This document shows positions 52,107 through 62,297 of a stretch of 64,000 nt of DNA, piece by piece. The first letter of the stretch is position 1. Each line of letters opens with the position of its first letter. Made by a program: the position numbers and the translations under genes. The notes under the pieces are model-generated. The model did not search any database, was not told where the DNA came from, and worked only from the letters and a program-made list of their open reading frames with translations. Source of the stretch: Promethearchaeia archaeon (GTDB taxonomy: Archaea > Asgardarchaeota > Lokiarchaeia > Sigyniarchaeales > SOKP01); NCBI GenBank assembly GCA_029856045.1, contig JAHQWG010000043.1:55153-119152 (forward strand). Direction: 5' to 3'.

Positions 52107-52754
52107 ATGTTGGATAAAAATGAGTTATTAAAGCTCCTACCAAAATTAATTCGAGAGGACGACGAGGTTAAAGGTGCCATAATTACAGCTCTTTCTGGAG
52201 TAGTAGCTACTAAAGATGATATAAAGCTTGTAATAGAAGAATTCAATAAGAGATTTGAAGGGATGGACAAACGATTTGAAGCAATGGATAAGCGATTTGA
52301 AGAATTAATTAAACTAATGAATAGAGGATTTGAAGATGCAAGAAAAGATCGAGAATTATTAAGAGTATCTATAACAACTTTAAGTACTAGAGGAGGGGTT
52401 GAGTTGCAAAATACAATTTTAAGTCTTTTAAAAGATAAATTAATTCAAGAGAATATTGGAGTCAGTGAGATTAAACGAGAAGATCTTGTCGACAGCGAAG
52501 GAAAAATATTTTATGAAAATTATAATACAGATATTGATATTTTAATAAAGAATGATAAAATTATATTAATAGAAGTAAAATTCAAGGCAGATAATAGAGA
52601 TATTTTCCAAATCCTTAAGAAAGGGGAATTGTTTAAGCAAATCAAGAAGAAAAATTATGATGAATTGATGCTTGTATGTTTAGAAATCAATTCAATGAAT
52701 TTTGAACAGGCAATAAAACAAGGAGTAAAAGTTATTGCCGGAAAAATTACCTAA
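52107..52754 (+). CDS. Coiled-coil + PD-(D/E)XK nuclease-fold protein
   Basis: Heptad repeats (KRFEGMDKRFEAMDKRFEE) and TDIDILIK...LIEVK. Confidence 0.8.
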   Translation: MLDKNELLKLLPKLIREDDEVKGAIITALSGVVATKDDIKLVIEEFNKRFEGMDKRFEAMDKRFEELIKLMNRGFEDARKDRELLRVSITTLSTRGGVELQNTILSLLKDKLIQENIGVSEIKREDLVDSEGKIFYENYNTDIDILIKNDKIILIEVKFKADNRDIFQILKKGELFKQIKKKNYDELMLVCLEINSMNFEQAIKQGVKVIAGKIT

Positions 52755-52799
52755 CTTTTGAAATTTCTTAAATAGAATTAAACCTTTTAGGTTATTCGG

Positions 52800-52925
52800 T
52801 AGATTATTTAAATGATCCGTAAATTAACATTTATCTATCCCAATTATAAGAATTAAAGCAAGATTTTCCTGCAATATAATAGATGAAATAAGCATGAAAA
52901 AAAAGGGTTAATGAAATATATTTAA
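52800..52925 (+). repeat. Degenerate duplicate of the 3' end of the 51374-51919 gene
   Basis: 52885-52925 gaaataagcatgaaaaaaaagggttaatgaaatatatttaa versus 51878-51919 gaaacaagtatgagaaaaaaagggttaatgaaatatatatga. Weaker similarity extends upstream. Confidence 0.85.
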
Positions 52926-53095
52926 AATATTATTCATATAACCTATTCCACACGGAGTTTGAAATTTCCTTTTTAATATTAAGGGGTAGTTCCTGTTAGA
53001 TGTTATAGTTCGATTTTAAAAAATTTAGACAAAAATATAAAAATATTAAAAAAGATATATTAAATAGAAGTTTTTGAATAAAAAATAAATTAAAT

Positions 53096-53455
53096 GTGAT
53101 AGAAATTCCAGTTAAGTCATATCCTATTAAGAGAACGGATGTAAGAATTTATTTGGCAGGATATATTATATTGCTATTCCTAGGAATTTTTTTTATGTGG
53201 CTTATGTTAATTATATCTTTATTTTTTAGCACTTCGATTTTATTCATTGGATGGGGGCTTGTTGGCATAGCTGTTTATTTTCTTAATCCTGAAAAGTTTT
53301 ACTTAATGTCTATTGGTTATTGGAAAAGAAAAAAATATAGAAAACAACGTGAGCAACAACTTGGTAAAGGTTTTTTTATGGATTGTCCCAGTTGTTTGAC
53401 CCATTTTAAAAATCAAAATTTTAATTATTGCCCTTATTGTGGATCACTCTTATAA
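53096..53455 (+). CDS. Small 2-TM protein with C-terminal zinc ribbon
   Basis: Hydrophobic hairpin and CPSC...YCPYCG. Confidence 0.75.
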   Translation: MIEIPVKSYPIKRTDVRIYLAGYIILLFLGIFFMWLMLIISLFFSTSILFIGWGLVGIAVYFLNPEKFYLMSIGYWKRKKYRKQREQQLGKGFFMDCPSCLTHFKNQNFNYCPYCGSLL

Positions 53456-53581
53456 TACTTATTTCTTAATTTATTTTAATCTTAGTTTCAACTATTAAAT
53501 ACCATAAATAAGTTCTAAACTGTATTAAACTGCTTTATTAAAATAGGAAACTTTTTTTAAATATATAATAAACATTGAAAT

Positions 53582-54979
53582 ATGTCTAATAAAAATAAAA
53601 GTGTAATCGAACCCTTTTCAACTAAATTTGCTATTTCTTATAGTTTTGCTCAAATAACGGACGTTATTGGCTATTATATGTTTACATTTTTGATTTTTAC
53701 ATTTTACTATGCAGTTGTTGGATTAAATGTTAATTGGATAACATTTGGTTTTATAATTTGGAGTATTTGGAATGCAATAAATGATCCTTTAATCGGAGCA
53801 TTATCAGACCGCACAAATACGAGATGGGGAAGAAGATTACCTTATGTTCTAGTTGGAATTGTTCCATTCTGTATTATAATGATTTTATTATGGACACCAC
53901 CTACAACCTCGGATATCCAATCTTTAATATATTTTATAATTATAATAATTTTATTTGATACATCATATACTTGTTATTCCATGGGTCAAGCAGCGATGTT
54001 CCCAGAACTATTTAAAAATTTAGAGGAGAGGGCTAAAGCAAATAATATTAGGCAGATTTTTACAGTTTTAGGCTTAGTTGTTGGTTTCATTATGCCAACA
54101 TTTTTTATACCAAAGCTTGATGATCCCAAATATTTTATAAATTATTCTTATGTAGGAATAATTGCTGCAATTACCATGGCAATATTTGCTTTTCTCTTTA
54201 TTAAATTTGGAACAAGACAAACTCCTGAATTTTCTGAAGATTATAAAGCGGCTCCTTCATTTTTTAAATCTTTAAAGATTTCATTAAAAAATAAATCATT
54301 TAGGTGGTATATAATTTGTCATTTTGTTAATTGGTATGTTTATGGAATGTTACCTACAATAATGCCACTTTATAGTACTTTTGTTTTAAAAATTGGTGAA
54401 GGAGAATCGCTATTAATCGGTCTTTTACTTGCACTTACATTTATTTCTGCGATGATTTTTATTCCTCTATGGAAATTTGTTGCATTAAAAATTGGGGCCA
54501 GAAAAGGGATAATGATATCGATGAGTGTATTTATAATTACACTAATTCCCTTTTTATTTGTATCTGATGTATTTATAGCATTTTTTATATTCTTTTTTGT
54601 TGGATTGGGATTATCTGGGTCTTTCTTTTTCTTAGATCTTCTTAGTTCTGCTGTAATTGATGAAGATGAATTAGATACGAAAATTAGGAGAACTGGAGGA
54701 TATTTAGGAATAAGTACTTTTTTCTTAAGATTTGCAACAATATTGGTATTTCTTTCTATTGGTTTAGTTTTTAATAGTACTGGATGGGCTATATTTGATC
54801 CCATAGGAACTGCTGATACTGAACTTGGACTTCGGCTTTTAATGTTTCTTTTTCCTTCAATTGCATTAGGATTTGGATTATTATCAATGATAAAATTTCC
54901 TATTACTAAGGATAAATATGTGGAAATTAAACAAGCAATAGAAAAATTACATAAAGAGAAAATCGAAAAAATAAAATAA
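53582..54979 (+). CDS. MFS transporter, GPH (MelB-like) family
   Basis: WNAINDPLIGALSDRTNTRWGRRLPY, AVIDEDE...RRTG. Confidence 0.93.
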   Translation: MSNKNKSVIEPFSTKFAISYSFAQITDVIGYYMFTFLIFTFYYAVVGLNVNWITFGFIIWSIWNAINDPLIGALSDRTNTRWGRRLPYVLVGIVPFCIIMILLWTPPTTSDIQSLIYFIIIIILFDTSYTCYSMGQAAMFPELFKNLEERAKANNIRQIFTVLGLVVGFIMPTFFIPKLDDPKYFINYSYVGIIAAITMAIFAFLFIKFGTRQTPEFSEDYKAAPSFFKSLKISLKNKSFRWYIICHFVNWYVYGMLPTIMPLYSTFVLKIGEGESLLIGLLLALTFISAMIFIPLWKFVALKIGARKGIMISMSVFIITLIPFLFVSDVFIAFFIFFFVGLGLSGSFFFLDLLSSAVIDEDELDTKIRRTGGYLGISTFFLRFATILVFLSIGLVFNSTGWAIFDPIGTADTELGLRLLMFLFPSIALGFGLLSMIKFPITKDKYVEIKQAIEKLHKEKIEKIK

Positions 54980-54981
54980 AT

Positions 54982-55890
54982 TTATTTATTACATACAACT
55001 TCAAATTCTTTTTCTTCAATTCTTTCAGTTATTGCTTGAAGAATTGTTTCACTCAATTCGCCTTTATCTGTATATAAATCTCCTTTTCCAATTTTTTCAT
55101 ATTTTGTTTTAGCCATTTTATTATATGGCATTAAATGAATCGGTCCGGAATAATTTATTTTTATTAAGAAATCAAGAATTCGATCAATTGTTTTAAAATC
55201 AGTATTAACCCCGGGAATAAGAGGAATACGACAGATTATTCTTTTACTTCCAGCTTCAGAAACAATTTTTTTAAAATTTGAAAGAATTTTTTCATTCGGA
55301 ACATTAGTAAATTCTTTATGTACATTACTATCGATATGTTTGATATCGAATAGAAAAAGATCAACATATTTTAAAAGCTCATCAATTAAATTTTCCTCAA
55401 AAAATCCACAAGTTTCAATTGCTGTTTGTATTTCTTTTTCTTTCAATGCATTAAGAAGTCCAATAAGAAATGCAAATTGAAATGTAGGCTCTCCTCCTGA
55501 TATGGTTACGCCACCGCCCGAATTATCATAAAATGGTTTATCTCTCGCAATAAGTTCTAAAATTTCTTCGACACTCATATATTTTCCAATTATCTGCATT
55601 ACTTCATTTGGACATGCTTCAACGCAGTCACCACATATTTTACATAACTTATCATCACGAATAACACCATCCTCTTTAAGCTGAAGAGCATTATTAGGAC
55701 AAGCATCAACACACTTCCCGCATTTCACACATTTTTCTTTATAGTATGAAATTTGTGGTTCTAATAATTGACTTTCAGGATTATGACACCAAGCACAACG
55801 TAGAGGGCATCCTTTTAGGAAAATAGTGGAACGTATTCCTGGACCGTCATAAATTGCATAATGTTGTATGTCAAATACAATGCCTTTCAT
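54982..55890 (-). CDS. Glycyl-radical enzyme activating enzyme
   Basis: DGPGIRSTIFLKGCPLRCAWCHNPES, ferredoxin insert, GGVTISGGEP. Confidence 0.96.
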   Translation of the reverse strand: MKGIVFDIQHYAIYDGPGIRSTIFLKGCPLRCAWCHNPESQLLEPQISYYKEKCVKCGKCVDACPNNALQLKEDGVIRDDKLCKICGDCVEACPNEVMQIIGKYMSVEEILELIARDKPFYDNSGGGVTISGGEPTFQFAFLIGLLNALKEKEIQTAIETCGFFEENLIDELLKYVDLFLFDIKHIDSNVHKEFTNVPNEKILSNFKKIVSEAGSKRIICRIPLIPGVNTDFKTIDRILDFLIKINYSGPIHLMPYNKMAKTKYEKIGKGDLYTDKGELSETILQAITERIEEKEFEVVCNK

Positions 55891-55894
55891 TTAC

Positions 55895-58477
55895 TTACAA
55901 TTTAAGGTGTTCTGTTCTTGATATAATTTCATCTTGAATTTCTCTACCTAATTCTGTGAAATAGGCGCTATATCCCCCAACTTTAACAACTATATCACAA
56001 TACTCTTCCGGATTTTGTTGAGCAGCGAGTAAGACTTCTGTAGAAACCACAGTAGGTTGAATTTGAGCACCTCCTAAATTGTAATATGTCTTCAGAAGTG
56101 AAATCCACTTTTTCCTAGCTGCTTCGGTTTCCCCAATTCCAGAAGGATGCATGCGTATATTGACAGCACATCCACAAACATGCTCAAAATCAAGAGCAGA
56201 TACAGATCGTAATACGCCAGTTGGTCCATGTTTCTCAACATTATAAGGATTGCAACTTGCAGCAAATGGTTTACCAGCTAATCTACCATCTGGAGTTGCT
56301 ATTGAGATACGTCCATCATATGTATGTGAAGTCATGCTTATAATAAAAGGAGCCACTTTACCTCCTTTATATGTTTTATATTTATATGTATCTTCAAATA
56401 AGCGAGTTGTTACTTTACGAGCAAGATCATCGCATTCTGGATTACCATTACCCCATTTTCCTTCGATATTTAAAATCAGTTCATGAATATGTTTGTATTC
56501 ATCTCTATAATTATTATCAATGGCATCAAGTAATTCTTTAAAAGTAATTTTCTTTTGATCAAAAATCAGTTTTTTAATAACATATAAGGAATCAACGGTA
56601 TTCGCAATACTATTCATAAATAAAATACCTTCAAAATTATATATTGCACCACCTTGAGTTACATCTTTCTTTCTCTCAATACAATCTTGCATAAATGCAG
56701 AGATAAATGGTGAAGGAAGATGTTCAGCAAATATACGATCACGGATTTCAACAGCATCAACAATTTTTTGGTTAACAAAACTTGATTGAGTATTAAATGC
56801 GTCCAAAAAATCTTCAAAACTTTCAAAAGAATCAGGATCTCCAGTTTTTAGTCCAACATCCATTATTAAGCCACCTAAAGTCATACAATTACCATTTCGA
56901 AGTGTCATATCAAGGGTGCGACATAATAAAATTGCAGAAAAACCAATTCCTCCTATTTTTCCTGGAGAACACATATCTACACAGCCCGTTAGTGCATAAT
57001 TCCTTGCATCCTCTGTAGAATAACCTCTATTTATTAATGCTTGAATATTAACATTATCATTTAAGACTGCAAAGCTCGAAATACCATTATAATGTATTTC
57101 TGCTAAAGTCATTAAGAAATCTTCAGGTGTATTATCGTTAACTCGCACTGCAAAATTAAGTGCGGCTTTTGAACGAGCTGCTGCTTCTAGTATTACATAT
57201 GATAATTCATTAGTAGCATCTTCTCCATCTCTATTAAGACCCCCCATTGTAACTGGTTCTGAACCTTCATAACGTTGGCTAAAATCTCCAAGTGCATTTG
57301 AATAAGGACGAATATTATGACTCATTACTTTTAAAACAAGTTCTTCAATTAATTCTCGAGCTTCTTCTCGTGTGATACGTCCTTCATTAATGTCATTTAT
57401 ATAGTAGGGATAGAATATTTGATCAAGACGTCCTGGTGCGTGGACATCGAAGGGAAGTGATAAATCAACTGTTGTTTTAATAATCCAAAATAATTGAATA
57501 GCTTCACGAAAAGTTTTAGCGGGTAATCGTGGAACATTTTTACAATTTTCAAACATTTCAGATAATATTTTTTTCCTGTCAGGGTCTGTGGTTTGATTTA
57601 GTTCCTCTTCAATTTTTTCCAACATTCTACGTGCAAAAATCATTATTCCTTCAAGTGTTATATCAATTGATTTTAGAAAATCCAGTTCATCTTGAGATAA
57701 TTTTTTATTACTAAGGATTTCTTTTTGAACTTCATTTCTCATAGCCAACAAGCCCTTTTTAATTGCGTTCTCGTAATCAAGTATTAAATGTCCTTGCCAG
57801 AGAGCTACTACCGCACAAGGTGAGATAACAAGATCATTTTGAGTCGTTTTGAGTGGAAGATGAGCGATAAATTCTCCAAATTCTCCAGTATAAAGATCAG
57901 ATTCTGCATACGCTTTTTCAATTATATCAGCAACAGTTTTGTTTTTCCAATAGGGAATTAATTTCTTAAGTAAAATTTTTCTATCTTTTACGTCTATTTT
58001 ATATGGATTAATCTTTCGTTTATCTAATGTATCAGATCCCAATGTTGTTATTAAAGCTCCAGTCTTTTTACTATTTTGAAGGATTCTAAAGAAACTAAAT
58101 AGACCTTCTTTTCTTATTTTGTAAAAAGCAAAGCGCAAATTAGATTTAAGCCCAAAGAATGACATTTTTCTTCTCCTAAGTTCAATTTTGAAAACTCTAT
58201 TCCATATACCTCTCTCAATCTCGATTGGTATGCCTAAGAAATTTTCGCTCCATTTACCAGCAATTCGATCATCTGGGTCTATGTAGTGATTCATATTCTC
58301 AAAAACATGCTTCATAGATAAGGCAACTCTTACACCAATCGGAAGATCATTTTTTTCAGTTTCATGCCATTTTTCTGTGAAATATTTTGCTCGTTCTATA
58401 GATATAATAGGAATATCTTCAATAAATCTTCTACGTATTCTTTTAATTCGCAGACTTGGATTATCTAATATACTCAT
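55895..58477 (-). CDS. Glycyl-radical enzyme (PFL superfamily), substrate unknown
   Basis: GRLDQ, Cys loop TGCVD, KWGNG, ATPDGRLAG, Gly loop VKVGGYSAYF. Confidence 0.93.
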   Translation of the reverse strand: MSILDNPSLRIKRIRRRFIEDIPIISIERAKYFTEKWHETEKNDLPIGVRVALSMKHVFENMNHYIDPDDRIAGKWSENFLGIPIEIERGIWNRVFKIELRRRKMSFFGLKSNLRFAFYKIRKEGLFSFFRILQNSKKTGALITTLGSDTLDKRKINPYKIDVKDRKILLKKLIPYWKNKTVADIIEKAYAESDLYTGEFGEFIAHLPLKTTQNDLVISPCAVVALWQGHLILDYENAIKKGLLAMRNEVQKEILSNKKLSQDELDFLKSIDITLEGIMIFARRMLEKIEEELNQTTDPDRKKILSEMFENCKNVPRLPAKTFREAIQLFWIIKTTVDLSLPFDVHAPGRLDQIFYPYYINDINEGRITREEARELIEELVLKVMSHNIRPYSNALGDFSQRYEGSEPVTMGGLNRDGEDATNELSYVILEAAARSKAALNFAVRVNDNTPEDFLMTLAEIHYNGISSFAVLNDNVNIQALINRGYSTEDARNYALTGCVDMCSPGKIGGIGFSAILLCRTLDMTLRNGNCMTLGGLIMDVGLKTGDPDSFESFEDFLDAFNTQSSFVNQKIVDAVEIRDRIFAEHLPSPFISAFMQDCIERKKDVTQGGAIYNFEGILFMNSIANTVDSLYVIKKLIFDQKKITFKELLDAIDNNYRDEYKHIHELILNIEGKWGNGNPECDDLARKVTTRLFEDTYKYKTYKGGKVAPFIISMTSHTYDGRISIATPDGRLAGKPFAASCNPYNVEKHGPTGVLRSVSALDFEHVCGCAVNIRMHPSGIGETEAARKKWISLLKTYYNLGGAQIQPTVVSTEVLLAAQQNPEEYCDIVVKVGGYSAYFTELGREIQDEIISRTEHLKL

Positions 58478-58751
58478 CTTTTGACCATCTTAAAAATTTT
58501 TTTAAGAAATCTTAATTACATAGTTTTTAATAAGATACTTTAAATTAGATTTAATAAATTTAAAAAAAAATTTAAGATTACCCATTTCTTATCTGAAGGT
58601 TATATGTTTTCTTAATATCTTCATTAAAAAAAATTAAATTTTAAGTATAAAACCTTTTGAAAATTCGACAGATTGCTAAACCTATCCAGAATTTAAGGTC
58701 TTTATCTTCTATTTCTAACATTTTTAATTCCAAAACTCCATCTTATCTTTA

Positions 58752-60473
58752 TCATGATTCATCTAATTTTTTCCACATTGATGCTAATACTTCTTTTTTA
58801 ATATTAAAGGTTAGTCCTGTGGGCTCTGACGGTTCGATTCTAAAAAATTCAGGTAAGTCATTCATATTATTCGTTATTCCTGCTCGTTTATTGAAGTCTA
58901 ATTCTCTCTTTATAATGTCCTTGCCAAAATTCATCATATCCCCTGCGGACATGTCCCATCCATACATAGCATTTAATAAATCCGCAACATAACTCATATT
59001 CTCCCAACTTGGTCCGATAAAATAGCAGCAGCCAATAGCATCTAAAACCGCAGTAAAAATTTGTAATTCATAAGAAAGTTCCACTTTCATATTAGGGTTA
59101 GTCAATTCACCATAATTCTTATTTATTCTAGCCTTTCTTCCATAAATTGCAGCTCCTGCTGTGTGATCCGCCCCCATTGGTGATGTACTGAAAGTAACAG
59201 CCATTGCTTTAAAAACTCGAGGATCATATGCTGAAATTGCTTGTCCCTTAACTTGAGGAATTCTTTTTATACCTAAAGAGGTTCCGGCATGAACAACTCC
59301 ATTCCCATACAGAAATCCCGTTTCTGAACCATTTCGTATTTCATTTAATATGGATTTAACTGCTTCTGCATCACCCCATTTAATTTTTCCCGATTCCATT
59401 GCTACCCCCATTGTTGCTCCAAATTCAATAGTATCTATACCAACATCATCACAGAGATGATCAATTTGTGCTAGCTCATCCAAATCTCCAATTAATAAAT
59501 TAGAACCATTCATTACAATCGTTTCATATTCAAAGCTAGAAGTAACATGGTTGCCATTTTTGTCATTAAAAAGATTTGAACATCTTATTACGCAGGTTGG
59601 AGAACAAGCAAGCCGATTTTTACCTCCCCTCTCTTGAATGAGTTCAATCAATTTTTGACCCGTTATATTTTGACTTTTATCAAAACTGCCCGATGAAAAA
59701 TTCTTAGTGGGAAGACCTCCTAAACTATTCATTAAATCAATCATTATTGCAGTTCCATAAGTGGAAAATTTTTCCCTTGTTTCGACTAAATTTTTCGCAA
59801 ACGGTCTTGCGTAATTGGTAAATTCTTCAAAATTATGATATTTTAATTCACTTGTCTTACTTGGAAAGGAAACTACTGCTTTAATCCCTTTTGAACCCAT
59901 AACAGCACCCAATCCCCCTCTCGCAGCATGACGACTAGGATACCCTTCTAAATCCGTTGATGAGATCGAAGATGCTTTCATTTTAAACTCGCCAGCAGGT
60001 CCTATCGAATAAACTCCAATTTTTTCTCCATATTTTTCCTTTAAAATTTCAGAGGTTTCATAAGTTCCCTTACCTTTTAAGAAATCACCTGGGATTAACT
60101 CTGCGTTTCCATCCTTTACTATTAGAATCCTCAAAATATCTGAAATTCCTTCAAAAATAATTGCTCTTACACCCTGTCTTGCTAAGATCATAGCTGAGTT
60201 TCCACCAGTGTTTGCTTCTTTTATGCCATTAGTTAAAGGACTTTTCGCACCAATAGACGTCCTAGCAGAACAAGCCGCTGACCCCCCAGTAATCAATCCA
60301 TTTGAAATTATTAATTTATTCTTTTCTCCTAAGGGATCACATTTTGGTGGAACTTCTTCAGAAACAACTAAGGATGTTAATGCACGACCTCCAACTCGAT
60401 AAAATTTAGAATCAACATTAATCGCTTCATGGACAATATTTCCATCTGAAACATTTACTCGAATAACTTTCAT
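58752..60473 (-). CDS. Aldehyde:ferredoxin oxidoreductase family (tungsten)
   Basis: AKSPLTNGIKEANTGG, IGPAGE, RGGLGAVMGSKGIKA, CSPTCVIRC, EYET, CDDVGIDTI. Confidence 0.95.
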   Translation of the reverse strand: MKVIRVNVSDGNIVHEAINVDSKFYRVGGRALTSLVVSEEVPPKCDPLGEKNKLIISNGLITGGSAACSARTSIGAKSPLTNGIKEANTGGNSAMILARQGVRAIIFEGISDILRILIVKDGNAELIPGDFLKGKGTYETSEILKEKYGEKIGVYSIGPAGEFKMKASSISSTDLEGYPSRHAARGGLGAVMGSKGIKAVVSFPSKTSELKYHNFEEFTNYARPFAKNLVETREKFSTYGTAIMIDLMNSLGGLPTKNFSSGSFDKSQNITGQKLIELIQERGGKNRLACSPTCVIRCSNLFNDKNGNHVTSSFEYETIVMNGSNLLIGDLDELAQIDHLCDDVGIDTIEFGATMGVAMESGKIKWGDAEAVKSILNEIRNGSETGFLYGNGVVHAGTSLGIKRIPQVKGQAISAYDPRVFKAMAVTFSTSPMGADHTAGAAIYGRKARINKNYGELTNPNMKVELSYELQIFTAVLDAIGCCYFIGPSWENMSYVADLLNAMYGWDMSAGDMMNFGKDIIKRELDFNKRAGITNNMNDLPEFFRIEPSEPTGLTFNIKKEVLASMWKKLDES

Positions 60474-60552
60474 TTATAATTCTCTCTTAACGTATTTCTT
60501 GTTAATTATGATTATCTACTTAATAATTTAATGAAAAAACTTAAAAAAATTT

Positions 60553-61053
60553 TTAAGAAAAATATTGCCTTGCAATCTCTTCCGCTGGCTTAAATATTGA
60601 TACATCACCTGCAAAATTATTTAACTCATATATGAATCTTTTCTCAAATTCCTCAGTAAATTTTTCATGGGCTAATTCTGATGCTTGAGTTGTATATTCA
60701 ACTAATAGAGCTGATAGAAAGGTTTCTTTATTAATAATCCGTAATTCTTTTCCCACTAATAATATCGCTTTTACTTTACCAGGAGTTTTAGTTACCTCCT
60801 CAAACATGGAAGTTACTGCTGAAAATCCTCCAGATAATAGAAGCGAATCATCAGATGTAAGTTCTTTGCTAAAAACCTTTGAATATAAAGACACACCACC
60901 ATGAGCAGATACTACAAGTAAGTGGATTCTCTGCCGCTGTAATAACCAAGGGCTTTTACTGACTCGTAAAAAAGCAATTCCAATAATGAGCATGCCAATA
61001 TTTTGAAAGATACTTTGTAATAGTACCATCCCTGTAGAAAAAATGGGTGGAAT
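60553..61053 (-). pseudogene. 5'-truncated membrane-anchored longin-like domain gene
   Basis: TM segment then HLLVVSAHGGVSLYSKVF...LLSGGFSAVTSMFEEV...FTEEFEKRF. The track's N-terminal 30 aa are the antisense of the adjacent gene. Confidence 0.6.
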
Positions 61054-61490
61054 TGATGTATAACATTTTGGGTCAAGTTGCGAGAAAGATTGGGAAAATC
61101 TACGATAAATCTTATAAAATTTCTGAAGATAAAAGTATCGCACAGCTGGCTCAAAATTACTTCATTATGGAGGATGAAATTAGGATTCTCTCCATTTTAG
61201 TTAAACAACAACTCCCAGAATACGACCTACAGATTATCGAGAGTTCAGCAAAATTAATGGATTTTAGACAAACTGATTGTATAGCAGTATGTGCGTTTAT
61301 TGAAGTCTTTGGATGTGCACTTATAGCTGGTTTTTTTTGCGCTGTGGTTATATTGATACTCGGTTTGATTGGTTGGTGGGCTTTCATTTTTGCTATAGGG
61401 TGTGAATTCGTATATGGTGTTATATGTGAAGGGGGATTAGGTTCCATGACTTTGGAAGAATGCTGTGATTGGTGTTTAGAGATTTATTAA
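61047..61490 (+). CDS. Halocin-C8-like Cys-rich peptide precursor, probably 5'-truncated
   Basis: Helical pro-region then a 75-aa hydrophobic C-terminus with nine Cys. No signal peptide. Confidence 0.5.
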   Translation: MELMYNILGQVARKIGKIYDKSYKISEDKSIAQLAQNYFIMEDEIRILSILVKQQLPEYDLQIIESSAKLMDFRQTDCIAVCAFIEVFGCALIAGFFCAVVILILGLIGWWAFIFAIGCEFVYGVICEGGLGSMTLEECCDWCLEIY

Positions 61491-61967
61491 ACAAATATAA
61501 ATAAAATAAATCAAATATTTTTTTTTTAACACCTTTTCTTTAGTGTTTGGGGTAATTGTTTTACGATCTGCTTGTTTTATCTCGCTAGGTTTATTTTCTT
61601 TTACCTTCTCTTGTTTTTTGAAAGTGATATGGTACAATATTGCCCAACATAATGATATAAGAGGGATAAAAAGATATGTCAAGGAGTTAAACAATAAACA
61701 AATTATCAACAAGATTATTCCAATAACATAAAGAGCTATAACTTCAAATTTAGAAGGTCTTTCTGGCTTGTTCTCGAAAAATGACCACCCGATAAAAAGT
61801 ATTATACTCAGAATTAAGACTCCCCCAACAAAAATTGTATAGTCCAAAACAATCCAAGTTATACAAATTATAATAGCTATAACTAATGCAACTAGATTTG
61901 AATTTTTATAAGTTAACTGCATTATAACACCTTTTTGAAGTTTTTTAAAGCTCCTTTCTTCATTCAT
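61476..61967 (-). CDS. Small 4-TM membrane protein
   Basis: Four hydrophobic segments and a charged tail. Probable start is ATG near 61923. Confidence 0.65.
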   Translation of the reverse strand: MNEERSFKKLQKGVIMQLTYKNSNLVALVIAIIICITWIVLDYTIFVGGVLILSIILFIGWSFFENKPERPSKFEVIALYVIGIILLIICLLFNSLTYLFIPLISLCWAILYHITFKKQEKVKENKPSEIKQADRKTITPNTKEKVLKKKYLIYFIYICLINL

Positions 61968-62297
61968 TAAATTTGCTTACAAATGCACGCGAATTTTTTC
62001 CTTTAGAAGCATTTTTGTATTACATGATACAGTTGGTTAAGGTTTTATTTAAAGTTCTTTATCTGACACAAAACTGTAATCTCCCATAAAAAATAAATAT
62101 TCAGTACTATTGACGGCGTAATCAGTATTATTGGGGGATAAATTAAAAAATCTAAAAACAAAGTTTCTTGAAAAATCACACTTATCCCTCATTTTTTAGT
62201 TTTTTATGTCTTTAAGGTTTTAATTTTTAATAAAATTAACTAATGCAATTTTTCAGCGAGAAAACCTTATGTATTCACTCGAATATATTCCATTTCT

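Noticed and set aside
52240-52330. 21-nt tandem repeats
   Set aside because: They encode coiled-coil heptads (MDKRFE) within a CDS.
54370-54804. Antisense and alternate-frame ORFs in the track (e.g. 2200-2493, 54370-54804, 58657-58992, 63719-63913)
   Set aside because: They are shadows of well-supported genes on the opposite strand or frame and carry no motifs.
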